A stretch of DNA of 64,000 nt, taken from the NCBI GenBank assembly GCA_038998335.1, contig JAVZHQ010000002.1, positions 1-64,000 on the forward strand. The letters run 5' to 3'. Position 1 is the stretch's first letter. Each line of letters opens with the position of its first letter. This document shows positions 28,547-38,881 of this stretch, piece by piece. A model generated the notes under the pieces. It was not told the DNA's origin. It worked only from the letters and a program-made list of their open reading frames with translations, and searched no databases. This stretch comes from Candidatus Aenigmatarchaeota archaeon. Its GTDB lineage: Archaea; Aenigmatarchaeota; Aenigmatarchaeia; CG10238-14; SCSR01. The position numbers and the translations under genes were made by a program.

Positions 28547-28651
28547 TTATTCAGTTGTGAATTCTAAAATAACCAAACCACATTTTTTACAAACGATCTC
28601 GCTCGATTTTTTCTCTAGCTTCTCGCTTCCGCACTCTGGGCATGACTTCAT
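28547..28651 (-). CDS. Stand-alone TFIIB/TFB-type zinc-ribbon microprotein (34 aa)
   Basis: Manual translation MKSCPECGSEKLEKKSSEIVCKKCGLVILEFTTE*; below the ORF-track size cutoff. Confidence 0.75.
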   Translation of the reverse strand: MKSCPECGSEKLEKKSSEIVCKKCGLVILEFTTE

Positions 28652-28773
28652 TCCTTACCCTTAATTAAAACATTAACCAAACTTTAAATTTTTTTCTGTT
28701 TAGTAAAAGCTATTTTTTGTTAACCCAAAATCAAAAGTTTAAATAACCAGAAAATAATTTTAAAGAGATTAGC

Positions 28774-30573
28774 ATGGTAAAAAAGTTTGTTTTAGATACA
28801 AGCATAATAATCGATAGAAAAGTCAAGGAATTGTTGGAAAAAGAGAAAGAAGTAGAAGTAATTATTCCTTTGGCTGTTCTTGACGAATTGCAAGCTCAAG
28901 CCTCAAAAGGAAGAGAGCCTGGGTTTATTGGTTTAGATGAACTTAAAAAGTTAAGAGAATTTTGTAAGGAGAAAAACATAAAGATTAGATTCACAGGAGA
29001 AAGACCAAGTTTAGAAGATATAAAACTTGCAAGGAGCGGAAGAATCGATGCTTTGATTAGAGATGTGGCAAAAACAGAGAAAGCAATTTTGGTAACAGCA
29101 GATTATGTACAAGCTTTGGTAGCTGAGGCTGAAGGTTTAGAAGTGCTTTATATTGCTCCAGAAGTAAAAGTTACTGGCTTAAAGTTTGAAAAATTCTTTA
29201 CTCCTGACACTTTAAGCGTTCATTTGAAAGAAAAAGTTCCTCCCTTAGCGAAAAGAGGAAAACCTGGAAGGTTTGAACTTGTAAAAATAAGGGAAGAGCC
29301 TTGTACTTCTGAAGAAATAGAAGAAATAATAAGAGAAATTTCTGAAGCAACAAGAATAAGCGAAGAAGGTTATGTAGAAGTTGCAAGAGCAGGAGCAACA
29401 GTTTTGCAACTAGGAAATTACAGAATTGCAATAGCTAGACCGCCTTTTTCTGACGGTTTAGAAGTTACTATTGTAAGGCCTATAGTTAAGCTTAGATTAG
29501 AAGATTACAAGCTTTCAGACAAACTAATGCAAAGATTGAAAGAAAAAGCAGCAGGAATCTTGATTGCAGGTCCTCCTGGTTCTGGAAAAACAACTTTGGC
29601 CTCAAGCTTAGCAGAGTTTTATAAAAATCAAGGGAAAATAGTTAAAGCAGTCGAAAGTCCTCGCGACCTACAAGTTGGTCCTGAAATTACTCAGTATGGC
29701 CCCTTAGAAGGAGATTTTGAAAAAACTGCTGAGATTCTTTTGCTTGTTAGGCCTGATTATTCGATATTCGACGAAGTGAAAAAAACAAAAGATTTTGAAA
29801 TATTTGCAGATTTAAGGTTAGCGGGAGTTGGAATGATCGGCACAGTACATGCTACTGACCCAATAGATGCTATTCAAAGGTTTATAACGAGAATTGAATT
29901 GGGAATGATTCCTCACATAATAGATACGATAATTTTTGTTAAAGATGGAGAAGTAAAAAAAGTCTACAAGCTTAGCATGGTAGTAAAAGTTCCTACTGGC
30001 ATGACAGAAGCAGATTTGGCTAGGCCTGTTGTTGAAGTTAGAGATTTTGAAACTGATAAGTTAGAGTATGAAATTTACACTTATGGTGAAGAAAATGTGA
30101 TAGTTCCTGTTAGCGAAAAAGAAAAAGTTTCTGCTTTAAGAAAGTTAGCAAGTGAAAGAATCTTGCAAGAAATAAGAAAGTTTGATTCTAATGCTGAAGT
30201 TGAGTTCGTTACTGATGAAAAAGTTTTGGTAAGAGTTGATAATGAAGTTATTCCTCGTTTGATAGGAAAGAATGGAAGCATGATTTCAAAAATAGAAGAA
30301 AAGCTTGGAATAAGCATAGAAGTTGAACCAAAAATTCCTGCCTTAGGGAAGGAAGTATTTTTTCAAATAAACGAAACTGGAAATAGTTTAGAGTTTATTT
30401 TTGATCGTAACTTAACAGGAAAACCTGCAAACTTTTATGTTGATGAAGATTTCCTATTTTCAGCAACCATAGGTAAAAAAGGTAGTATAAAAATAACTAA
30501 AGCTTCTGAAATAGGAAAGGAATTGATAAAAGCTATAGTTTCGAAGAAAAAAATTAAAGTACTGACTTATTAA
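28774..30573 (+). CDS. pina: PINA ATPase (PIN domain + PilT-like ATPase + KH)
   Basis: VLDTSIIID PIN start, GPPGSGKTT, ESPRDL, C-terminal KH LIGKNG. Confidence 0.92.
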   Translation: MVKKFVLDTSIIIDRKVKELLEKEKEVEVIIPLAVLDELQAQASKGREPGFIGLDELKKLREFCKEKNIKIRFTGERPSLEDIKLARSGRIDALIRDVAKTEKAILVTADYVQALVAEAEGLEVLYIAPEVKVTGLKFEKFFTPDTLSVHLKEKVPPLAKRGKPGRFELVKIREEPCTSEEIEEIIREISEATRISEEGYVEVARAGATVLQLGNYRIAIARPPFSDGLEVTIVRPIVKLRLEDYKLSDKLMQRLKEKAAGILIAGPPGSGKTTLASSLAEFYKNQGKIVKAVESPRDLQVGPEITQYGPLEGDFEKTAEILLLVRPDYSIFDEVKKTKDFEIFADLRLAGVGMIGTVHATDPIDAIQRFITRIELGMIPHIIDTIIFVKDGEVKKVYKLSMVVKVPTGMTEADLARPVVEVRDFETDKLEYEIYTYGEENVIVPVSEKEKVSALRKLASERILQEIRKFDSNAEVEFVTDEKVLVRVDNEVIPRLIGKNGSMISKIEEKLGISIEVEPKIPALGKEVFFQINETGNSLEFIFDRNLTGKPANFYVDEDFLFSATIGKKGSIKITKASEIGKELIKAIVSKKKIKVLTY

Positions 30574-30586
30574 ATTTTAGTAGGGA

Positions 30587-31141
30587 TTGATTATCAAAAA
30601 ATTAGGAAACTTTGAGATTCTCTTGCTTTCAACTTCCATTGCTAGTTTCGCAAGTGGTTTGATAGGACCGTTTTATGTATTATACATCAACAAGCTGGGT
30701 GGGGCTATAGAAAACTTTGGAATCGCTTATGGTTTACTTATTTTAACTAACTCTTTAGCTTCTTACTTTAGTGGTAAATACTCGGATAGACTGGGGAGAA
30801 AGATGTTTTTAATAGCAAGTAATATCGCCTCTGCAATCATAATTCTCTTTTATTTGTTTGTTTCAGCTTTATGGCATCTGTTTTTTCTCCAAATTTTAAA
30901 TGGTTTAATTAACGCAATGTGGAATGTCGCAGAGACAACATTCCTTGCAGACATTACAAAAAAGAAAACGAGAGGTTTAATGGTAGGAAAATATCGCGGT
31001 GTAATTGGTTTACTTACAGGAATTGCGGTAATGGTAAGTGGAATGATAATCGGAAAGTTTGGATTTGAGCTAATGTTTTATATCTACTCCCTTATCGTTG
31101 GAATTTCTACCTTACCTTTATTTTTTATAGAAGAGAAGTAG
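30587..31141 (+). CDS. Half-size MFS-type membrane protein
   Basis: GKYSDRLGRK motif A; about 6 TM helices in 184 aa. Confidence 0.85.
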   Translation: MIIKKLGNFEILLLSTSIASFASGLIGPFYVLYINKLGGAIENFGIAYGLLILTNSLASYFSGKYSDRLGRKMFLIASNIASAIIILFYLFVSALWHLFFLQILNGLINAMWNVAETTFLADITKKKTRGLMVGKYRGVIGLLTGIAVMVSGMIIGKFGFELMFYIYSLIVGISTLPLFFIEEK

Positions 31142-31888
31142 TTAAACTTCGATTTCCAGCAATTTAGACTTTGTTAAAATTCTTACTCCTTTTCTAGTTA
31201 GTAAAGCATCGTTCTCTATCCTACAACCTGAAATTCCTTTAACATAAATTCCTGGCTCTATAGTAAAAACCATGCCTGGTTGAAAACTTATTTTTTTGAT
31301 TTTTTTCCACTTCTCTTTCAGTTTTTTTAGTTTTTTCTTGCTCATTTTTTTCCTAAAGTTTGGTTTCCCTATTGTTGGCAATTCATGAATTTTCTTACCA
31401 AGACCATGACCTAAGGAATGACCAAGCTTGAAACTTTTTTTTCTCAAAAAAGAGTTTACTTTTTCATGCAGTTTCCAACAAGGCATTCCTACCTTTATCG
31501 ATTTTATCGCAATTTCATAAGCCTTTAAAGTTGCTTCAACTATTTCTCTTTCTTTTTTACTTATTTTTCCTTTTATAAAAGGAACTGTCACATCAGATTT
31601 GTAACCTTTGTAGCATGCTCCAAAATCAACATAACCTAAGCCTTTTATTATTTTATTAGTTGCCCTCGGCTTAGGATGAATACTTGCTGCTCTTTTACTG
31701 CAAGCAACTATTGTTCTAAAAGAGAGAGTAGCCCCTTGCTTTCTTATGTTTTTTTCTATTCTTCTTCTCAACTCTTTTTCTGTAATTTTTTCTTTTAAAG
31801 ATTCTTCTATAATTTTCAAGCAAGAATTAGATATTCCACAAGCTTTTTTTATAAGTTGAATTTCCTTGCCTTTTTTAATTATGCCCAT
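31142..31888 (-). CDS. M24-family metallopeptidase, catalytic domain only
   Basis: VDFGA...SDVT, HSLGHGLG..IHE, TIEPGIY, RIEND. Confidence 0.9.
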   Translation of the reverse strand: MGIIKKGKEIQLIKKACGISNSCLKIIEESLKEKITEKELRRRIEKNIRKQGATLSFRTIVACSKRAASIHPKPRATNKIIKGLGYVDFGACYKGYKSDVTVPFIKGKISKKEREIVEATLKAYEIAIKSIKVGMPCWKLHEKVNSFLRKKSFKLGHSLGHGLGKKIHELPTIGKPNFRKKMSKKKLKKLKEKWKKIKKISFQPGMVFTIEPGIYVKGISGCRIENDALLTRKGVRILTKSKLLEIEV

Positions 31889-31901
31889 GAATAAGTACCG
31901 T

Positions 31902-32195
31902 TTATTCTCCCCAATCTTCTCCTTCTATTACTAATTCTTTCAGTTCAATTTTTTTATACGGATTGCCTTTTTCATCTAGCAGCTCTTTGACCACTATTTC
32001 ATACTCCAAACCACAATCTGGACAAGAATAAATTTCACCATTCTCAACATCTTCTTCAACCTCTATAGTTCTGCCACAATCTAAGCACTGAAGCTTGTAC
32101 TTTCCTATTTTTCTAATCCCCTTTATAGAGATTGGACGATTTTCTGGAAGTGCTACTTTATTCAAATAATTTTCCATATCAATTTTATTTCTCAC
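31902..32195 (-). CDS. lysW: LysW/ArgW-family amino-group carrier protein
   Basis: Two CxxC motifs (CLDC, CPDC), acidic, C-terminal EDWGE. Confidence 0.85.
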   Translation of the reverse strand: MRNKIDMENYLNKVALPENRPISIKGIRKIGKYKLQCLDCGRTIEVEEDVENGEIYSCPDCGLEYEIVVKELLDEKGNPYKKIELKELVIEGEDWGE

Positions 32196-32352
32196 TTAAA
32201 ATTAAAAAACATTTCCATTTTTCGTAACTAGCTTTTTGTTAGCGTAAATTTCGCTATTTTTTTAACATCTATCAGACTAATCCTTAAACACGATTAAGTT
32301 TTAAAAAATTTGTAATATCAATCTTTATAAAATAAAAAAATAAATTAAAATT

Positions 32353-33549
32353 ATGAAACAACTCTTGATTATTTTAATTATTCTAATTCTTGCTGTTGTT
32401 CTTGTGGCTGGTTACTATTTTGGAATAGAACTTGAAATTTTTAGAGATCCGGGACAAATACTTTTTGAAGCAATAGAAAAGTCATCAAAAATTGACAAGT
32501 ACAGAATTAGTTATTCTGTTGGAGGTAGTATAGCTTTAGGAAGTATGGAAGTTTCGGTTAACGGAGACGCAACAATAGTAAAATTTGAAAATAAATATAA
32601 AACTGTAGCTAATGTTTCTATGCCAAGTATGTTTGGAACTGGCACTACTTCAACATATTCAGAAACTTATATACTTCCTGAAGGAAATGTAAAATGTGAA
32701 AAAGCTTCTCTAATAACTCAGAGATACTATTGCGTGGAAGTCGAACCATCGACAGGCTTTTCCCTTGGGGAAAGCATTTCATTCTCACCGCAAGCTCAAA
32801 TAAACTTGCTTAAAGAATGGATGGAGAAGGGCATAATAAGAGTTTCAAACTTGGGTGTAAAATACATAATAAACAGAAAGTGCAATAATCTAAAATTTGA
32901 TGTAGACCTTAACAAACTCATGCAAAATGTTACAGGTGGCTTCACGATTAAAGAGGGAGAAGCAAGTTTTACGATTGAAATGTGTTTAGATAAAGAGTAT
33001 GGTATGGCTTTAGAAACAAAGTATAATATTTGGATTAAAAACTTAATGGGAAATGAGCTTGAGTTTAAAACAAACATAGAAGCAACGAAACTAAGTTATG
33101 ATGTTAGTAGAAGTGATGTTGAACTTCCTGTTCCTATTAGCGAAGTTAAATGGTTACCTAAACTTTCCATAATGAGTTCAGAGTGTGAGGCTAACTCAAA
33201 TCTAGTAAAAGTTACTGTTAAAGCTAAAAAAGATATGCCAACAGGTCAAGCTCTTTTGAACATAACATGGGATGAGTACAAAGTAGGAGAAGGATTTAAA
33301 ACATACAGCTTAACTTCTTCAACACCTTTTCCAGGTGCACGAAGCGGTGAAACTAAAGAATTAAGTTTTACTCTTCAATCTCCTCTAAAAGAAAGTGAAA
33401 TCTACACTATAAAAGTTAAAATTGATGGTATCGAATCTGATACAGATTTATGCTATACTTGGAGTACAAGCATATACTCTTTAGGTTCGATAACAAGTTA
33501 TATGACAAGAATTGCTGAAAAATTTAGAAATATCACAAAAATATTCTAA
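32353..33549 (+). CDS. Exported/membrane-anchored hypothetical protein
   Basis: N-terminal hydrophobic signal, beta-rich body. Confidence 0.75.
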   Translation: MKQLLIILIILILAVVLVAGYYFGIELEIFRDPGQILFEAIEKSSKIDKYRISYSVGGSIALGSMEVSVNGDATIVKFENKYKTVANVSMPSMFGTGTTSTYSETYILPEGNVKCEKASLITQRYYCVEVEPSTGFSLGESISFSPQAQINLLKEWMEKGIIRVSNLGVKYIINRKCNNLKFDVDLNKLMQNVTGGFTIKEGEASFTIEMCLDKEYGMALETKYNIWIKNLMGNELEFKTNIEATKLSYDVSRSDVELPVPISEVKWLPKLSIMSSECEANSNLVKVTVKAKKDMPTGQALLNITWDEYKVGEGFKTYSLTSSTPFPGARSGETKELSFTLQSPLKESEIYTIKVKIDGIESDTDLCYTWSTSIYSLGSITSYMTRIAEKFRNITKIF

Positions 33550-33553
33550 GAAT

Positions 33554-34660
33554 TTATTCCAGAAGTTTTCCGTTCTCCATTATTAGTTTTTTATCAGCGT
33601 ATACAAAGCTATTCTTCATATCCTTAAAGAAATCCCAGTGAATAGTGGAATCATTTTTTCCGCCAAAGTGCCTATTTCTTCCTATTGCTAAATGAACAGT
33701 CCCTCTAACTTTTTCGTCAATTATTATTAGCCCGCCAGTAATTTTTGCTTTCGGGTTTGTTCCTATAGCAAATTCTGCTATTCTATCCTTATCACCAGAA
33801 GCGTTTTCTAAAACCTCTTCAAAACATTTCTTTCCTTTCTTTATATCATATTCTACAACTTTTCCTTTTTCAAACCTAAACCAAACACCTTCTACCTGCT
33901 TACCATAATGCCACATGCATGGCAAATCAAAATAGATTTCGCCGTTAGCTGAATTTTCAACAGGAGCACAAAAAACTTCTCCTTCTGGCAAGTTAATGTA
34001 GCCAAAATTTTCTTTCTCAATTATTCCACAAGAATTTATGAATTTTCTTCCTCTAATCGAAAATTTCAAGTCAGTTTGCTCGCCAACTATTCTGATTTCC
34101 TTTGCGTTTTGCAATTTTTTAATTAGCATTTTATTATACTCATAAAGCTTGAAGTAATTCACTTTCATACAATCCCAGAAAATCTTCTCTAAAGTTTTGA
34201 AAGGAAGCTTTAAAGCCTTGGCTACTTCCTTGTTCGGAAAACCTATCAAAGCTGTTCTAAGCTCTTTTCTCTTTTCTCTTCTTTCTTTCCTTTCTCTTAT
34301 AGGCTTGGTTACTTTCCTTCTTATTTCAATTTTCTTCTGAGGCAATTGTCTTGCAATGAAAGGGTTTGTATCATCTATTATTATTTCAACATCAGCAATT
34401 CTTGACAAAACATCAGCAAGCCTAGGAAAATTTTTCAAGTACTTTATTTTTATCGAGTTGTAAGTTTTAAGTGCTAATTCATCGCTCCCGTAAAAAATTG
34501 CTGGCTGGGCTCCAACCTTAGAAGCTTCTAAAGCCAAAGCTTCAGCAAACTTTAAAGACTTTGGACCAGCGTTTATTATTGTAATATCTTTTTCTTTTAC
34601 CCCAAGATTAATTCTGATTATTGTTCTTGCTATTCTTTGGAGTTCTTCCTCGTGCAGCAT
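33554..34660 (-). CDS. M29-family aminopeptidase (AmpS/AmpT-like)
   Basis: NLPEGEVF, EFAIGTN, DEKVRGTVHLAIG, IHWD. Confidence 0.9.
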   Translation of the reverse strand: MLHEEELQRIARTIIRINLGVKEKDITIINAGPKSLKFAEALALEASKVGAQPAIFYGSDELALKTYNSIKIKYLKNFPRLADVLSRIADVEIIIDDTNPFIARQLPQKKIEIRRKVTKPIRERKERREKRKELRTALIGFPNKEVAKALKLPFKTLEKIFWDCMKVNYFKLYEYNKMLIKKLQNAKEIRIVGEQTDLKFSIRGRKFINSCGIIEKENFGYINLPEGEVFCAPVENSANGEIYFDLPCMWHYGKQVEGVWFRFEKGKVVEYDIKKGKKCFEEVLENASGDKDRIAEFAIGTNPKAKITGGLIIIDEKVRGTVHLAIGRNRHFGGKNDSTIHWDFFKDMKNSFVYADKKLIMENGKLLE

Positions 34661-34697
34661 ATTAATAATTTAAACTAAAGAATAATTTAATAGTTAA

Positions 34698-34797
34698 GCC
34701 CCTGTAGCTCAGTTTGGACAGAGCAGCGGCTTAAGTCTAGTTTAATGAGCTGCCGAACCTAAGCCGATGGTCGAGGGTTCAAATCCCTCCAGGGGCA
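34698..34797 (+). tRNA. tRNA-Arg(CCT) with 25-nt intron at position 33/34 (34733-34757)
   Basis: GCCCCTG...CAGGGGCA; intron removal gives CGGC-TTCCTAA-GCCG; bulge-helix-bulge with TTA and AAC bulges around CGGC/GCCG. Confidence 0.9.
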
Positions 34798-34985
34798 TTA
34801 GTATTTTCTGAATGTGGAAAAAACTATAACAAGCCCTATTTCTAAAGGCAAACCAAAAAGTTTTGAGAGATCGTTAGAAAGAAAATCAAGAGGCTGACTG
34901 TAGGCTATTATGCAATCCTTAAGCTTGCTTCCTACAATTAACTAATTAAACCAAAAATATTAAACTTTTAAGCTCAAAAGTTCAA

Positions 34986-35471
34986 ATGAAAATTATGCTG
35001 CCTTTAATAGTTGGAGTTCTTCTTTTACTAATAGCTGTATATATAGGAATAAAAATTCTAAAAAACATAATCCTAGGAATAATTCTTATTTTCTTAGTTC
35101 TTTTTGGTTCATTCCTTATCTTTGGTTCCGTTCCAAACTTAAGAGAAATTCCTTTTATTGGGCAGTTTCTTCCTTCAATTTCAGGGCCTCAAGACGTTAT
35201 TTTAGCGATAAAAAACATTCTTTATAGCATAGAAATTGTTGATGTTAGCAGAGATTCTCAAAACAATTTACTTATCGCAGTAGCTAACACAGGAAAACTA
35301 GAAGTTTCTCAGATAAAGGTTTTTATTGACAATCAAAGCGCAAGCATTCTTAATAAACCAAAAGACCCTTTAAAATCTGGAGAAATTACTCTTATCCAAA
35401 CAGATTGGAACCAAACTTTTTCTGAAATTTTAGTCCAAACAAAACAAGTAAACGCAACCTACAAAAGCTAA
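34986..35471 (+). CDS. Membrane protein with C-terminal Ig/CARDB-like segment
   Basis: Two N-terminal TM helices; VANTG...IKVFID...LKSGE pattern. Confidence 0.7.
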   Translation: MKIMLPLIVGVLLLLIAVYIGIKILKNIILGIILIFLVLFGSFLIFGSVPNLREIPFIGQFLPSISGPQDVILAIKNILYSIEIVDVSRDSQNNLLIAVANTGKLEVSQIKVFIDNQSASILNKPKDPLKSGEITLIQTDWNQTFSEILVQTKQVNATYKS

Positions 35472-35509
35472 CAATAATTTTATAAAAAACCAAATTATAA
35501 GAAGAGAAA

Positions 35510-38500
35510 ATGAAAAAATTTTTAATTTTTTGCTTTGCAGCAATACTTTTTTTAATCTTGTTAGAAGTTAGTTTTTCTTTATTTAACTCAAGCACAAGTG
35601 GAGAGTTTGATGTTAAAGCTTATGTTAGGCTAAGCCTTGATAATCACTTCACAGAAAATGTTTATGTAAACAATACTAAAGAGTATAATATTTCTGTAAC
35701 TTTTGATAATTCTTCTTCTGTTGAATTTCTCTACGGTCCTTTTAATTTTTTATTTTTACTTGTAGTCAATGACACAGGGGACTTTTCAAACGAAAATTAC
35801 ATTACAAACAATTCGTTAGTTAATTTTACTTTGATAGCATACTGTAATCAAACTTGCTTTCCTGGGAAATATAAAAGCAACTTCACAGTTTATAATTCAA
35901 CAAATTCAACAGAAAACACAACGGTAGAGGTGGAAGTTGATTGGCCCATACTTGTTAACGAAAATGGAACAGGTTTTTTCAATGGAACGTTTCCTTACAA
36001 ATCGGCAACTTATCATTCTTTTTTCTTTAACACAAGCAATATAACGAACTCTACTGGAGTGAGTATTTGGTTAATAGATGTAAACGAATATTTTAACGGA
36101 ACTGAAAATTTAGATGTTTTCCTTGTTGATAAGAACGGTAAACTCAAGGCTAAATCAATTGTTTCTGATATTTTCTGTACGAATGAGACCGAATGTTATA
36201 AGATAAAACCTTTAAGCTATAAGAACTTGCCAGAAAATGAAGTATGGGAAATAAGAATAGCAAATTCAAGCGAAACAGCTTCTTATTCTGGAATGCTAAC
36301 TTTAACCACTTTAAACGTAACTAATGAAAGTGAAATAATAGATGAAATTAATTTTGACGGGCTAAATTCAACTATAAACTTCAGAAGTACTGTTATACAA
36401 TTAAGAAACGAAGGTCAAAGGCCGCTTGAGGTTGATAGCGGCTTGGACTTTATAACATTTTATTACCTTAAAAGGTTTGAGGGTTCTGGACCCAAGGATT
36501 TTTACATTCTCTTGCCTGATAATGATGTAATAAACTATACTGATGTCTCTCTAGTTTGGAATGGAAACAGCGATTACTCGCTAAAAGTTTTTAACCCTCT
36601 AGGAAATCTCGTAGGCGAATCTAGCGACAAATCGATAAGTGCAAAAGTTTGTGATGTTGAAAGGGAAGAACTTGTAAGAATTACGCAAGAAAATATTTTA
36701 CCGGGTTATTGGAGAATAGCAGTTTCTAACTCAACGCCTTCTAACGACAGCTACAATCTCACAGTCTTCCTTTATCTTAACTCAAGGCAATGGTTCGAAA
36801 CAAACTTTTCCAAAATTGTTTTAAATTCTACTAACGTAACAGAAGTAAACATTACTTTAAAACTAGGGAAGTCTTACTTAGACGGAGAATATGGTGGAAA
36901 TATTAAATTTCTCCATAACGATTATGGTCTAGCTTGGGTAGAAGTTCCTGTTCACACCTTTGTTAATACTTCTATGCTTGTTGTAAACGGAACTTTTAAG
37001 ACAGGCTTGATAAAAATAAAGGAAAGTACAGATTTCAACATAACAAAAACTTTTAACGTAACAATAGAAAACCCAGGCTCTTACGAGCTTAAACTCAATT
37101 GCTCTAAACAAATTTTAAGAAATAAAAACAATCAAAACAAAACCATTGATTTAAAAGTTGAGTGCCCTTCTTCCATTCCTTCAAATTCTTCAGGCTTGTT
37201 AAACTTGACACTAGAAATCAACACTCTAAACACAAGCAACCTTCCAGGTTTGTATGAAGGCTGGATTTACTTAAATTCTTCAGAGGCTCAACCTTACAAT
37301 TATTTCAACCTCACGCTTCAAGTTAACTTGAGCAACGAATTAAACGTAAAAATTTATGACTTGAGAACTGCAGACAGCGATACGCAAGTAGAAGATTCAA
37401 ACTTGAGCGAAAACATAACCTTAATTTTCAACGTTACTCTTGCTAATAGCTCAAGCTTTGAAACTTTAACAAAGGATAACTTTAAAGTCAACCTTACTCA
37501 CACGAATGTTAGTTTTTCAAGATATTTTAACGTTTCAAACGCTAATAGCGAAATATTTAACGGAAACTACAGCGTTAACTTTACACTCCCAGCTAAATTC
37601 CCTGGAGGTTATTATAGTGTGATTTTAAACGTAACTTATGGAACTTTAAACGGAAAAGACATTTTCAATTATCTTTTCATCAACAACACTGCTTTAAGAC
37701 TAAGACTTCCTTCTTATGATTTCTCTGTTACAAATGGAAGTAGCTTCTTAGTTAATGTTTCTGTAGATAATTTTGGTCCTGTAAATGCGACTAATGCAAG
37801 AGTAAAAATTGTAATTGGGACTTATTGTTTAGCAAGCGTTAAGTTCCACTCTGGAAAATGTGAAGGTAGAGATGTGGTAAAGATTCAAGAAAGTGAAGTT
37901 GCTTTCAACTTAAGTGCTAATAAAATTAATTCATGTTATGTTGTTTGGAATGTAACCGCTGGCAACACCATAACTTCTTGCGACTCTCGAATAGAAGGAT
38001 ATAACGCAACATTTTTTGGAAACTTAACCTTTTGGACAACTGTAACCGAACAAACTGCTGGAGGCGGACCTGGAGGTGGAACACAACCATCTTACTTTTA
38101 TAATTTAACCTTTACAAAAGCTGAGAGGCTAATTATAGTTAAACAAAACTCGACAAACTCAACAATAGTAATAGTTAAAAACACAGGAAATGTTTCTCAA
38201 GAAGTATTCTTCGGAGTTCTGTACATTAACTCAAGTTGGTATAGAATTAACTCAACTAATGTAACTCTTGCTCCAAATCAAGAAGCTGCTTTTCTCGTTA
38301 ACTTTACTGTTGGTATGGAAGAACCAAAAGATTATACAGGAAGGTTTAGAGCTTATAGCTCAAACAACACAATAATTTCTGATTTTACCCTAAGAGTTTT
38401 GCCTTTAGTAACTTTAAACGAAAGTCAGATAAGGGAAATAAACGATACACTCTTGCTTTATGAAGTCCAAATGCTTAACCATTCTCTTCAAATAAACGCA

Positions 38501-38881
38501 AGTAGAGAAAAAGGTTATAATGTTTCTAGCGCGGAAGCGATTCTTTCAGAATTGAAAGAAAAAATAGAAGAGGCTAAAAATTACATTGCTCAAGGAAATT
38601 ATCCAGCTGCTCAAGCTTTATTCCCAAGAATCCAAGAATTGCTTAATCAACTAAAAGAAGAAATAGAAAAATTCACAAAACCAGAAAAAGGTTTTGACTG
38701 GATTTTAATCGTGATAATAATAGTTGCGATTATTGGAGTAATAATTCTAATCTATCTATTCTGGCCGACTAAAACTGGCTATATAGCTGAGAAGAAAAGA
38801 TACGTTTATAAACCAAAAAAAGAAAAGATAAGGAAAGAATTGAAAGAAAAATGGGAAAAAGCAACAAAAAGGGTAAAGTGA
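35510..38881 (+). CDS. Large surface glycoprotein-like protein (1123 aa), C-terminal TM anchor
   Basis: Signal peptide, many N-x-S/T sequons, Gly-rich linker, coiled coil, TM and basic tail. Confidence 0.85.
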   Translation: MKKFLIFCFAAILFLILLEVSFSLFNSSTSGEFDVKAYVRLSLDNHFTENVYVNNTKEYNISVTFDNSSSVEFLYGPFNFLFLLVVNDTGDFSNENYITNNSLVNFTLIAYCNQTCFPGKYKSNFTVYNSTNSTENTTVEVEVDWPILVNENGTGFFNGTFPYKSATYHSFFFNTSNITNSTGVSIWLIDVNEYFNGTENLDVFLVDKNGKLKAKSIVSDIFCTNETECYKIKPLSYKNLPENEVWEIRIANSSETASYSGMLTLTTLNVTNESEIIDEINFDGLNSTINFRSTVIQLRNEGQRPLEVDSGLDFITFYYLKRFEGSGPKDFYILLPDNDVINYTDVSLVWNGNSDYSLKVFNPLGNLVGESSDKSISAKVCDVEREELVRITQENILPGYWRIAVSNSTPSNDSYNLTVFLYLNSRQWFETNFSKIVLNSTNVTEVNITLKLGKSYLDGEYGGNIKFLHNDYGLAWVEVPVHTFVNTSMLVVNGTFKTGLIKIKESTDFNITKTFNVTIENPGSYELKLNCSKQILRNKNNQNKTIDLKVECPSSIPSNSSGLLNLTLEINTLNTSNLPGLYEGWIYLNSSEAQPYNYFNLTLQVNLSNELNVKIYDLRTADSDTQVEDSNLSENITLIFNVTLANSSSFETLTKDNFKVNLTHTNVSFSRYFNVSNANSEIFNGNYSVNFTLPAKFPGGYYSVILNVTYGTLNGKDIFNYLFINNTALRLRLPSYDFSVTNGSSFLVNVSVDNFGPVNATNARVKIVIGTYCLASVKFHSGKCEGRDVVKIQESEVAFNLSANKINSCYVVWNVTAGNTITSCDSRIEGYNATFFGNLTFWTTVTEQTAGGGPGGGTQPSYFYNLTFTKAERLIIVKQNSTNSTIVIVKNTGNVSQEVFFGVLYINSSWYRINSTNVTLAPNQEAAFLVNFTVGMEEPKDYTGRFRAYSSNNTIISDFTLRVLPLVTLNESQIREINDTLLLYEVQMLNHSLQINASREKGYNVSSAEAILSELKEKIEEAKNYIAQGNYPAAQALFPRIQELLNQLKEEIEKFTKPEKGFDWILIVIIIVAIIGVIILIYLFWPTKTGYIAEKKRYVYKPKKEKIRKELKEKWEKATKRVK

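Noticed and set aside
34798-34945. Minus-strand open stretch (..QPLDFLSNDLSKLFGLPLEIGLVIVFSTFRKY*) after the tRNA
   Set aside because: No clear start; may be a membrane-protein remnant but I cannot assign it.
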